From UHGV virus genome UHGV-0356621: a stretch of 43,895 nucleotides of DNA; one strand, given 5' to 3'. Position numbers and translations under genes: made by a program. Position 1 is the first letter of the stretch, and each line of letters begins with the position of its first letter. Below are positions 35,163-42,334 of the stretch, piece by piece. A model generated the notes under the pieces. The model saw nothing but the letters and a program-made list of their open reading frames with translations, was not told where the DNA came from and searched no databases. The DNA is from a virus.

Positions 35163-35188
35163 AAGCCCGCCATCGCGCGGGCTTTTTT
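35163..35188 (+). terminator. Rho-independent terminator after cI
   Basis: AAGCCCGC-catcgc-GCGGGCTT followed by TTTTTT, 19 nt after the cI stop. Confidence 0.85.
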
Positions 35189-35227
35189 ACGTCCCGAATT
35201 CCTTCGCTGTAAATTTTTAATCGCTTA

Positions 35228-35244
35228 TTAATCAATACGCTAAA
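35228..35244. promoter_or_regulatory. Operator OL3 candidate: TTAATCAATACGCTAAA
   Basis: Half-sites match 4/6 and 6/6. Confidence 0.45.
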
Positions 35245-35260
35245 TAAAACCATTCAACAA

Positions 35261-35277
35261 TTTAGCATTTTGCTATT
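35261..35277. promoter_or_regulatory. Operator OL2 candidate: TTTAGCATTTTGCTATT
   Basis: Half-sites match 6/6 and 4/6. Confidence 0.5.
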
Positions 35278-35304
35278 GCGCATAATTTAGCATCACGCTA
35301 AATT
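35276..35304 (+). promoter_or_regulatory. pL candidate: TTGCGC-17 nt-TAAATT
   Basis: It mirrors the pR architecture (the same -35/-10 words with an operator in the spacer) and fires rightward into the early-left operon. Confidence 0.6.
35286..35302. promoter_or_regulatory. Operator OL1: TTTAGCATCACGCTAAA (perfect half-sites)
   Basis: Read directly; it overlaps the pL spacer and -10. Confidence 0.7.
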
Positions 35305-35862
35305 TACCCCATCGAAACGAAACATCGACAGCTGAGCGAAGTTAGCCAGCGGCGGACAGCAAGTCGCCTGCTTTTTTAACAAATCAGACTGAGTGACAGG
35401 CAAGCCGTAGCTCTCCTGGCAAAAAGAAATGGCACCCGATGGGATCGAGGTAAGCACTGAGTCCGTATGCGTACGGTAGGTGTAGAGGACCACGCTGCGA
35501 TGAGCTGATAAGTCACTCAATTTGAAGCGCTCCGATGATGGGGCGCTGATTCAACTTAGAGGAGTGATTCCAATGAAGAACTAAAGCGGACAGACCGCAG
35601 CCTAAAGGCAATGCAGCAGTAATGATGCCGCCCTGAGTCGCCGAATGGCGAGCCTGTGTAGTGATGGGTCAAGGTTCTTATATCAAAACAAGCTCCGGTA
35701 AAGCAGCGCGAACGCCAGACGCGCACCGGTTATGAGCGGCGATGAGCGACAAGGTCTCAAGGGCATGTGCGCGGCCACTGCGAGAGTGTGGCGAAGTTTA
35801 CCAGCAGCTCTTTGCGAGGGGCTGACGGCAAATCTACTCCACTTATTTAAAAGAGACGGTAT
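35305..35862 (+). ncRNA. Long untranslated pL leader (candidate cis-regulatory/antitermination RNA)
   Basis: No forward ORF of 60 aa or more. By eye, stop codons are frequent in all three forward frames. There are several local hairpins and a long-range 8-bp pairing. GC content is similar to coding DNA. Confidence 0.4.
35348..35378 (+). terminator. Hairpin + U6 about 40 nt after the predicted pL start (attenuator/terminator; U-tract embedded in a boxA-like TGCTTTTTTAACAA)
   Basis: AGC-GGCGG-acagcaag-TCGCC-(T)-GCT followed by TTTTTT. See findings for interpretation. Confidence 0.5.
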
Positions 35863-36036
35863 ATGGATAATCAGGATAATGAGTTAAGAAAGGTTGTTCA
35901 GGAACTTGCTGATGAAGAAGGCATCAGCTTTTCCGATGCCCTAGATGTTTCGATTAAAGCGCTGCGTTATGAGGTAGAGCGCAGAAAATCGTTTAACGGT
36001 GAAGCTGCTTGTGATGGCTCTGCAATTACTTCTTAG
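35863..36036 (+). CDS. 57-aa acidic hypothetical protein (not in the ORF track)
   Basis: MDNQDNELRKVVQELADEEGISFSDALDVSIKALRYEVERRKSFNGEAACDGSAITS. It sits in an AT-rich segment, has a weak SD, and its 3' end overlaps the convergent gene by 11 nt. Confidence 0.3.
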   Translation: MDNQDNELRKVVQELADEEGISFSDALDVSIKALRYEVERRKSFNGEAACDGSAITS

Positions 36037-36304
36037 CCAAGTACCAAGAGGTGTCTGCGGCTTCGGAAACCAGTACGTAATAGCTTTGCTTTACACTACT
36101 AGCTATACCTCTGACTTCCTCTCTAACGTTATATGCAGTTGATGTTTTTACGGTTGTATATTCAGCTGTTGGGAGGTTAAACCAAGTGCCATTACCATCC
36201 TGTATCTCACGCGAATAACCCTTTGCTTTCATCTTTTCATGAAGATTTTCATAGTCTTCAGAATCAGCGCCGCGCAACTCAACTCGAACAATATATCTTG
36301 CCAT
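36026..36304 (-). CDS. 92-aa hypothetical protein, antisense to the early-left operon
   Basis: MARYIVRVELRGADSEDYENLHEKMKAKGYSREIQDG... shows an alternating beta/alpha (ferredoxin-like) pattern and is AT-rich. The long track ORF (to 36595) has a Cys/Ser-rich, implausible extension. Confidence 0.5.
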   Translation of the reverse strand: MARYIVRVELRGADSEDYENLHEKMKAKGYSREIQDGNGTWFNLPTAEYTTVKTSTAYNVREEVRGIASSVKQSYYVLVSEAADTSWYLAKK

Positions 36305-36319
36305 AAGAAGATTCCTATA

Positions 36320-36364
36320 TTGACTGTGGAATGAGCAACATATCAGTTTCCTTTGACTGTGGAA
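36320..36364. repeat. Direct repeat TTGACTGTGGAA (36320-36331 and 36353-36364), period 33 bp
   Basis: Read directly. Similarity extends to ...GAGCAA / AGCAAA. The repeat sits 16-60 nt upstream of the 92-aa gene start. Confidence 0.85.
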
Positions 36365-36530
36365 AGCAAAGGGACACGGGCCGGGCGTGGATAAAAATCC
36401 CGGCAATAACTGGAATGTTTTGTAGTGCAGTGAATTGCAGCTGCATCGACGGCAACCGGAAGATAAGCACCCGGCGCTGCACCACAAAGCATTTCTCCCG
36501 CATCCGCGGGTAACGACAGAGGGTAAAAGG

Positions 36531-36827
36531 ATGATCGACGACATCAAGCGCATCGACTCAATGATAAATGTGCTTCGAAATATGAAACAGGACATTAAGC
36601 GCCAGCAGAAACTAAGTGAAATAAACAGCTTAGACCTTACGCCAAAGCAAGCTCAAAAGCGCAATGCCGATGCTGGCTGGATTGCGATGGAACAGATTAA
36701 GCGCCGGCATGAGCTGCACGCTCTGTCAGTTGAGCTTGGGTTCGCTGAACGCCGGGAAAGTTATGCTCCATTTGAATTAACTGACGGGTGGCACCGATTC
36801 AACCACAAGCCGCGCGAACCTCAATAG
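36531..36827 (+). CDS. Hypothetical early protein
   Basis: 98 aa starting MIDDIKRIDSMINVLRNMKQDIKRQQK, with a GAGGGTAAAAGG SD region. The internal ATG of the track ORF is used. Confidence 0.45.
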   Translation: MIDDIKRIDSMINVLRNMKQDIKRQQKLSEINSLDLTPKQAQKRNADAGWIAMEQIKRRHELHALSVELGFAERRESYAPFELTDGWHRFNHKPREPQ

Positions 36828-36848
36828 CCGCCTAGCCAGCGGCTTTTT
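36826..36848 (+). terminator. Intrinsic terminator inside the early-left operon
   Basis: AGCCGC-ctagcca-GCGGCT followed by TTTTT; it overlaps the stop codon of the preceding ORF. Confidence 0.65.
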
Positions 36849-36980
36849 CATACCTGGAGTCATTTACGAGTGGCTTAGTTATGACAACCGGCGGCCATCC
36901 ATCGCCCATTGAAACACATAAAAGTGCGTTGAAGTCTTGTATTAACCGTTCCGTTCGCCGCGATAAGGCTAAGAGGATTT

Positions 36981-37241
36981 ATGAGCACTGTAAAGATGAT
37001 TGGCGCCAGTCCACTAACTGGAACAATTTTCGAAGGACGACTTAACCCAGTCAAAAGCTGCTGGGTTGGAAAGAAAACAGATGTTACCGATATGGTTCTG
37101 AGAGCTACCGCTGACCACCTCTACGTTGTGAAAAAGGAATATGCGTTCCCGTTACGAGACGGAAAGGTGGCTGTGTTGAGCATGCATATTTTCGATGAAT
37201 TGCCAGAGCGCTTCATTGGTGGCACGGAGCATGGCGAATGA
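36981..37241 (+). CDS. Hypothetical early protein
   Basis: 86-aa ORF with an AAGAGG SD. It is the first of a chain of ATGA-coupled ORFs. Confidence 0.45.
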   Translation: MSTVKMIGASPLTGTIFEGRLNPVKSCWVGKKTDVTDMVLRATADHLYVVKKEYAFPLRDGKVAVLSMHIFDELPERFIGGTEHGE

Positions 37242-37399
37242 TGACAGTCACCCACAACGGCAAGCAGTACACCGCCAAAAAGCTCAACGATAACGAGTGG
37301 CAGCTGACGTCCGTATCGGCACCGCGTGAAAAGCTGACGCTTAACCGCTGGCAGATGCATATGGCTGGCCTCCTGGTACAGGTAGAGGTGAAGGTATGA
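37238..37399 (+). CDS. 53-aa hypothetical protein (not in the ORF track)
   Basis: MMTVTHNGKQYTAKKLNDNEWQLTSVSAPREKLTLNRWQMHMAGLLVQVEVKV, with ATGA overlaps at both ends. Confidence 0.35.
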   Translation: MMTVTHNGKQYTAKKLNDNEWQLTSVSAPREKLTLNRWQMHMAGLLVQVEVKV

Positions 37400-37602
37400 T
37401 TGGAATGCACTACGGCACCGCATCAGTGCCACGTAGCGAGGTTTTACCTGGCACAATGCTGCAACACCACGGCAAAACTTATCGCGCCTCTGCGAACGTT
37501 GAGAAAGGCCTGTACGCCTTCAACATCTTCGAAAAAACCATCATCAAAAGTGATTCCGTCGTTGTGCTGCTGAATGAGCGCGGCGAGCCGATGGTTCACT
37601 GA
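37396..37602 (+). CDS. Hypothetical early protein
   Basis: 68-aa ORF, ATGA-coupled to the previous ORF. Confidence 0.4.
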   Translation: MIGMHYGTASVPRSEVLPGTMLQHHGKTYRASANVEKGLYAFNIFEKTIIKSDSVVVLLNERGEPMVH

Positions 37603-37678
37603 TACCAACCAACCTATTCAACCGATCGGCCTGGCTAAAAGCGGGCGGGATCTGCACATCCAAATTTCAGGAGAAACC

Positions 37679-38650
37679 ATGAGCGAAGTAACGGACTTAA
37701 CTGTCATCGAAATCAAGCCGGAACAGGCCCCAGTGCTTTACGTAGCGGGCGGCCTTGACGCGTACCTTGAGCAAATCCGCCAGGCTGTAAACGAAGTGCC
37801 GGACCTGTCCACGAAGAAAGGCCGTGACCGTGTTGCCTCTCTGGCAGCGCAGGTGTCCCGCAGCAAGACGGCAATCGAAAAGCCGGGCCGTGAGTACCTG
37901 AAGCGCCTGAAAGAGGCTGTACGCCCTGCCGAGGCCGAAATTAAGCGATTCGTTGATGCCTGCGACGAGCTGCGCGATGCGACCCGCCGCCCACTCACCG
38001 AATGGGAAGCCGAGCAGGAACGCATTAAGGCTGAAGAAGCCATGAACGCGATGCACGCCGAAGCGCTGGAGATGAACATCAGGTTCGATCAGGAGCTGGC
38101 TGCCAAGTTCGAAGCGGACCACGAAATGGCTCTACTGATGAACAAGGATTTTGACCGTGACCGCGAAGAGCAGCGCCGTCTGGCGGAACAGGCTCAGCGT
38201 GAACGTGATGAGCGGCTGAAACAGGAAGCGGCAGAACAAGCCCGCCGCGATGCCGAAGCGAAGCACAAAGCGGAGATTGAAGCCGCAGCGCGCCGTGAAG
38301 CTGAAGAGAAAGCACGTGCAGAGCTGGCTGAACGCCAGCGCGTCGAAGCGGAACAGCGTGCAGCTCGCGAGAAGCAGGAAGCAGAAGCCCGGGCAGAACG
38401 CGAAAAAGCCGCGGCGGTTGAAGCCGAGCGCCTGAAGGCCAAACAGGCCGAAGATGCCCGCCTGGCCGAAGAGAAGCGCCTCGCCGATGAGCAGGCAAAG
38501 CGTGAAGCTGACGTTAAGCACCGCAAGACGGTCGGCACCAACATCGTTAACGCGCTCACCAGCAACACCAGCTTAACCCGCGAACAGGCTATCGAAGTGC
38601 TTACCGCTCTGAAAGATGACCTCATCCCCTGCGCGAAAATTCATTACTGA
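37679..38650 (+). CDS. DUF1351-like protein with long Glu/Ala/Arg/Lys coiled-coil (TolA-like) region
   Basis: Start at MSEVTDL, with a CAGGAG SD. The folded N-terminal part is followed by about 150 aa of EAxRxAExK low-complexity helix. It lies just upstream of the SSAP gene, as DUF1351 proteins often do (from memory). Confidence 0.55.
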   Translation: MSEVTDLTVIEIKPEQAPVLYVAGGLDAYLEQIRQAVNEVPDLSTKKGRDRVASLAAQVSRSKTAIEKPGREYLKRLKEAVRPAEAEIKRFVDACDELRDATRRPLTEWEAEQERIKAEEAMNAMHAEALEMNIRFDQELAAKFEADHEMALLMNKDFDRDREEQRRLAEQAQRERDERLKQEAAEQARRDAEAKHKAEIEAAARREAEEKARAELAERQRVEAEQRAAREKQEAEARAEREKAAAVEAERLKAKQAEDARLAEEKRLADEQAKREADVKHRKTVGTNIVNALTSNTSLTREQAIEVLTALKDDLIPCAKIHY

Positions 38651-38657
38651 GGCAACC

Positions 38658-38942
38658 ATGAACGCATACCTCACTTACGACCGAATCGAAGATCGGCGCT
38701 GGGTTGAGCAGCAGCTCACCGACGAGAAAGAGAAGTGGATTGACGACCGGGCGCAGGAAATCATCGACATGATGCCGAAAGACCCGACCGGCATCTTTCA
38801 CTTCTCAGTACCAATCGATTCCAGCCCGTACGAAGGACTTCGCAGCGATAAAGCTTGCGAGGCCTATAACGACTTTGTTTCGGCAGTGGCCTATGCCCAG
38901 GCAGAACACGACTGGGAACACCGCACCGGCTGCCCGTTTTAA
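38658..38942 (+). CDS. Hypothetical early protein
   Basis: 94 aa from the internal ATG, with a GAGG SD. Confidence 0.45.
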   Translation: MNAYLTYDRIEDRRWVEQQLTDEKEKWIDDRAQEIIDMMPKDPTGIFHFSVPIDSSPYEGLRSDKACEAYNDFVSAVAYAQAEHDWEHRTGCPF

Positions 38943-38960
38943 TTTTTGAGGGGATTAACG

Positions 38961-39806
38961 ATGACAAACGAATTAACAATCACCGCGACTTCGCTTCAGG
39001 AAAAAGGTATCGATGTCGCTACCTGGAGCGCGCTGAAGAACAGTATCTACCCTGGTGCCAAAGACGAATCGGTAATGATGGCGCTCGATTACTGCCGTGC
39101 CCGCCAGTTGGATCCACTGCTGAAGCCCGTTCACCTCGTGCCGATGAGCGTCAAAGACTCAAGAACGGGTAAAAGCGAATGGCGCGACGTGGTCATGCCG
39201 GGCATCGGGCTTTACCGCATTCAGGCGGACCGCTCCGGCGATTATGCCGGGGCCCGCGAACCAGAGTTCGGTCCAGACGTAACTCAGACGCTTACTGGTG
39301 TAGAGGTGACTTTCCCTCAGTGGTGCAAATACACCGTCTACAAGCGCATGCCCAGCGGGGAGATCGTCGAGTTCAGCGCCAAAGAATATTGGATTGAAAA
39401 CTACGCCACCGGCGGCCGCGACACCACGGCGCCGAACGCGATGTGGAAAAAGCGCCCATACGGACAGCTGGCGAAATGCGCAGAAGCCCAGGCGTTGCGT
39501 AAGGCATGGCCTGAGATTGGACAGCAGCCTACCGCCGAAGAAATGGAAGGCAAATCACTGGACGTTGATATCCGTGACGTCACGCCGCGCAGCACCACAG
39601 AAGCGCTTCCACCAGCAGCAAGCGAAGAAACGCTTCAGGCCATCACCGATCTCTTAACATCGCTGAATAAAGACTGGGAGCAAGACTTCCTCCCAGTGTG
39701 CAGCGACATCTTCAAACGACCAATTCTTGAGGCGTCAGACCTCACTGAAGAAGAGGCACAGAAAGGGTTCAACTTCCTTCAGAAAAAAGCTAAGGCGGCA
39801 GCATGA
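38961..39806 (+). CDS. bet: Single-strand annealing protein, lambda Bet / RecT superfamily
   Basis: The C-terminus TLQAITDLLTSLNKDWEQDFLPVCSDIFKRPILEASDLTEEEAQKGFNFLQKKA parallels lambda Bet (MQEINTLLIALDKTWDDDLLPLCSQIFRRDIRASSELTQAEAVKALGFLKQKA, from memory). The middle region matches the RecT/Bet core. Confidence 0.85.
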   Translation: MTNELTITATSLQEKGIDVATWSALKNSIYPGAKDESVMMALDYCRARQLDPLLKPVHLVPMSVKDSRTGKSEWRDVVMPGIGLYRIQADRSGDYAGAREPEFGPDVTQTLTGVEVTFPQWCKYTVYKRMPSGEIVEFSAKEYWIENYATGGRDTTAPNAMWKKRPYGQLAKCAEAQALRKAWPEIGQQPTAEEMEGKSLDVDIRDVTPRSTTEALPPAASEETLQAITDLLTSLNKDWEQDFLPVCSDIFKRPILEASDLTEEEAQKGFNFLQKKAKAAA

Positions 39807-40423
39807 ACGCCAATCCACTTATGCCCGGTGAAAAATACGGGCACTTAACCGTCAAAGAACACTCGCACATGCTGAGAGGTAGAAGGATGTATCTCTGCCT
39901 TTGTGTGTGCGGTAATTCCTGCTATAGGGCCGCAAATCAGCTCAAAAACAACTCAATAAGCAGCTGCGGATGCATGATAGGAAAAAACTCCACTCATGGC
40001 CAGCGCAATACCCGCGTTTACAGGATTTGGAGCGGGATGAAAAATCGCTGCACAAACCCAAAAAACAAAGACTTCGAAAAATACAGTCAGCGCGGTATCT
40101 GCGAAAGATGGCTGACGTTCGAGCTATTTCTTGAAGATATGGGGCCACCTCCTACGCCTAAGCATCAGCTAGATCGGAAGAACAATGAAGGCCCGTATTC
40201 AAAAGAAAATTGCAGATGGGCAACGGTTACCAAGCAGGCGGAAAACAGAAGCACATCGTTTTACTGGTTTGTTGATGGGTTGCGTTTTGAAAGCGCCGGA
40301 GCCGCCGCGAATCATTTTGGCGTGAAATCAGCAACCATCCACAAATGGTGTCACGGCTACAACAATAGAGGCATTAACATCCCGCCAAGAGCCAACTGCC
40401 GTAAGGAGAGGAAATATGGATAA
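39803..40423 (+). CDS. Homing-endonuclease-like protein inserted between bet and exo (Cys cluster + degenerate HNH_3-like motif + C-terminal HTH)
   Basis: [28 protein letters not shown], then [23 protein letters not shown]...[28 protein letters not shown], then [24 protein letters not shown] (NUMOD-like HTH). The GC content is lower than in the neighbours. Confidence 0.6.
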   Translation: MNANPLMPGEKYGHLTVKEHSHMLRGRRMYLCLCVCGNSCYRAANQLKNNSISSCGCMIGKNSTHGQRNTRVYRIWSGMKNRCTNPKNKDFEKYSQRGICERWLTFELFLEDMGPPPTPKHQLDRKNNEGPYSKENCRWATVTKQAENRSTSFYWFVDGLRFESAGAAANHFGVKSATIHKWCHGYNNRGINIPPRANCRKERKYG

Positions 40424-41102
40424 CACGTGGCTCATTAAATTTGAGCAAATATTTGGGCCAATTGCACAAATTGAGCAAGGCAGCGAGACATGGGCAAGGG
40501 CGAGACTCGGAGTTATTACTGCCTCTGACGCTCACAACGTCATTTCCAAGCCTCGATCTGGCACCAAATGGACAGACATGAAAATGTCCTATTTCCACAC
40601 GCTGCTCGCCGAGGTATGCACCGGTGTAGCGCCAGAGGTTAACGCCAAGGCGCTGGCCTGGGGCAAGCAGTACGAAGAAGACGCCCGCACCCTCTTCGAG
40701 TTCACCACTGACGTGAAAGTCACGGAGTCTCCGATCTTGTTCCGTGACGAGAGCATGCGCACCGCCTGCTCCCCTGACGGCCTGTGCAGTAACGGGTTCG
40801 GCCTTGAGCTTAAATGCCCGTTCACCTCCCGCGACTTCATGAAATTCCGCCTTGGCGGTTTCGAAGCCATCAAGTCTGCGTACATGGCCCAGGTGCAGTA
40901 CAGCATGTGGGTGACCGGGAAAGATGCCTGGTTTTTTGCCAACTACGACCCTCGCATGAAACGCGAAGGCATTCACCATGTCGTCGTTGAGCGGGATCCG
41001 CAGTACATGACCGATTTCAACGAAATGGTGCCGGAGTTCATTGAGAAGATGGACGAGGCGCTGGCGGAAATCGGCTTCACGTTCGGGGAGCAGTGGAAAT
41101 GA
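40416..41102 (+). CDS. exo: Lambda exonuclease (Red-alpha, YqaJ fold)
   Basis: From RLGVITAS to the end, the sequence is nearly identical to lambda Exo as I recall it ([49 protein letters not shown]...[37 protein letters not shown]...[20 protein letters not shown]). Only the first 25 aa or so differ. Confidence 0.92.
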   Translation: MDNTWLIKFEQIFGPIAQIEQGSETWARARLGVITASDAHNVISKPRSGTKWTDMKMSYFHTLLAEVCTGVAPEVNAKALAWGKQYEEDARTLFEFTTDVKVTESPILFRDESMRTACSPDGLCSNGFGLELKCPFTSRDFMKFRLGGFEAIKSAYMAQVQYSMWVTGKDAWFFANYDPRMKREGIHHVVVERDPQYMTDFNEMVPEFIEKMDEALAEIGFTFGEQWK

Positions 41103-41527
41103 AACGCACACCCTTCTATCGCCGGCCAGGGCGAGCCGGGCAATTCTCGGGCCTCCGCGAGCGCGTTATCTGGATGATTCAGACGCGCGGTCGCCAGGTA
41201 ACCGGCAGCGAAATCGCTGAGAAGTTTGGCGTAACGCTGATTGAGTTTAACCGGGTAGCCAACGGCATCACCCGCGGTACCGGACAGATAGCCCAGGTAG
41301 TTGAGTCGGAAAAGTGGATCAACGAGGACGGCATCTGCGACCGGACTTTCGACCTGGTCACGAAGCCGAAGGTTGTGACGCCGCAGGGCAAATCGCGCCT
41401 GTTCACCCGGCGCGCCATTGAGCAATCGCAGGAAGGTAGACGGCAGGAGTGCATAGCCCGTGCCGCCCGCCGTAGCCGCCTGATTGCTCAGGGCCTCTAC
41501 ATCGACGAAATGGAGTCCATCCTATGA
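41099..41527 (+). CDS. Hypothetical protein (possible wHTH)
   Basis: ATGA overlap with the exo stop; [24 protein letters not shown] is HTH-like. Confidence 0.45.
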   Translation: MKRTPFYRRPGRAGQFSGLRERVIWMIQTRGRQVTGSEIAEKFGVTLIEFNRVANGITRGTGQIAQVVESEKWINEDGICDRTFDLVTKPKVVTPQGKSRLFTRRAIEQSQEGRRQECIARAARRSRLIAQGLYIDEMESIL

Positions 41528-41853
41528 CTCACGCTCACGACGACATCAGGGTTGGCGCGGTGCGCCTTCCCTGGCTCAAAGAGAAAAACGGATGGTTGCT
41601 GCCGTGGGGTGAAGTCGTTACCAACCCACTGAAGGCGCAACGACTGGCTGAAGAACTTAACGAAAAGCAGGTGGCAGCCCACCAGCGTGGGGCAAAAGTG
41701 GTGATCAGCAATTCTACCGCTCCGCGCGTAATTGAACTTTACGAACAGCACGGCTTCACGCTGCACCGCGTCAGTGCTCGCCGGGCTATATCCAGCAAAG
41801 GCAGTACCCGCGAAACAGCGAGTGATGTCGTAGCCACTTTGGGAGTGCAGTGA
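41524..41853 (+). CDS. Hypothetical protein
   Basis: 109-aa ORF, ATGA-coupled. Confidence 0.4.
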   Translation: MTHAHDDIRVGAVRLPWLKEKNGWLLPWGEVVTNPLKAQRLAEELNEKQVAAHQRGAKVVISNSTAPRVIELYEQHGFTLHRVSARRAISSKGSTRETASDVVATLGVQ

Positions 41854-42095
41854 TGATGAAGCTGATTAATCGCAGTAAGCAATCACCTATTGGTCGCCGC
41901 GCTTGCGATGTTGCGCTGGCAGCTCACTTGCAAACATATGGCGACTATGGGCGAAGCAAGATGAAAGAGACTTATACGGTGAAGGTTGAAGGCGTGAAAG
42001 TCTGGGTGGAGGTGGTGAACCGAAAGGCGAGCTACGTGGCCACAGCGATGACCGGCATGCGCCGTCTCCGCTCCCTGCCCGGGCAGGTTGGTTGA
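41853..42095 (+). CDS. Hypothetical protein
   Basis: About 80-aa ORF. The track start at 41850 is GTG; an ATG follows at 41853. Confidence 0.4.
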   Translation: MMKLINRSKQSPIGRRACDVALAAHLQTYGDYGRSKMKETYTVKVEGVKVWVEVVNRKASYVATAMTGMRRLRSLPGQVG

Positions 42096-42136
42096 AAAAG
42101 ATTTTGAATGGCCCGAACGGGCAACTGGAGAGAGCT

Positions 42137-42334
42137 ATGGATGATATTTTGGTAACGTCAGACCTGACCAGTCGCTACAAAATTTCACGCAAAACCCTTT
42201 GGTCATGGCAAAGTGCAGACACAATGCCTCGGGGCTTCGTATGCCCGTTCCCACCCCCTGACTGGCCCGGCAACCCTAACCGCTGGCGCTCTGAGTCAAT
42301 CAAAGAGTGGGAGGATAAAAAGAAGATAAATTAA
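42137..42334 (+). CDS. AlpA/excisionase-like small HTH protein
   Basis: [34 protein letters not shown]...WRSESIKEW resembles AlpA/Xis (MerR-like winged helix). GGAGAG SD is present, and it converges on int with a 4-nt overlap. Confidence 0.55.

Noticed and set aside
35293-35520. 75-aa minus-strand ORF in the pL leader
   Set aside because: It would run through the OL operators and the pL promoter. It has no SD and an implausible sequence. The region is better explained as a non-coding leader.
35732-35896. About 54-codon forward ORF (MSGDERQGLKGMCAATARVW...) as a possible N analogue
   Set aside because: It has no SD and no arginine-rich N-terminal motif, and it overlaps the next ORF out of frame. 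This is not convincing, but a conservation check across relatives would be the decisive test.
36026-36595. 189-aa version of the minus-strand ORF, and the 130-aa plus-strand ORF 36435-36827
   Set aside because: The N-terminal extensions are Cys/Ser/Arg-rich and overlap each other. Internal ATGs with SDs (36304 on the minus strand, 36531 on the plus strand) give compact, plausible proteins.
37697-38625. Cluster of overlapping ORFs (113-143 aa) antisense to, or out of frame with, 37679-38650
   Set aside because: They are artefacts of the long GAA/GCN/CGN-biased repeat, which is open in several frames. Only the plus-strand frame has an SD, a folded N-terminal domain and operon context.
40374-41111. 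245-aa minus-strand ORF covering the whole exo gene
   Set aside because: It is exactly antisense to a near-lambda-identical Exo. The sequence is Arg/Gly/His-rich nonsense typical of a shadow ORF in GC-rich coding DNA.
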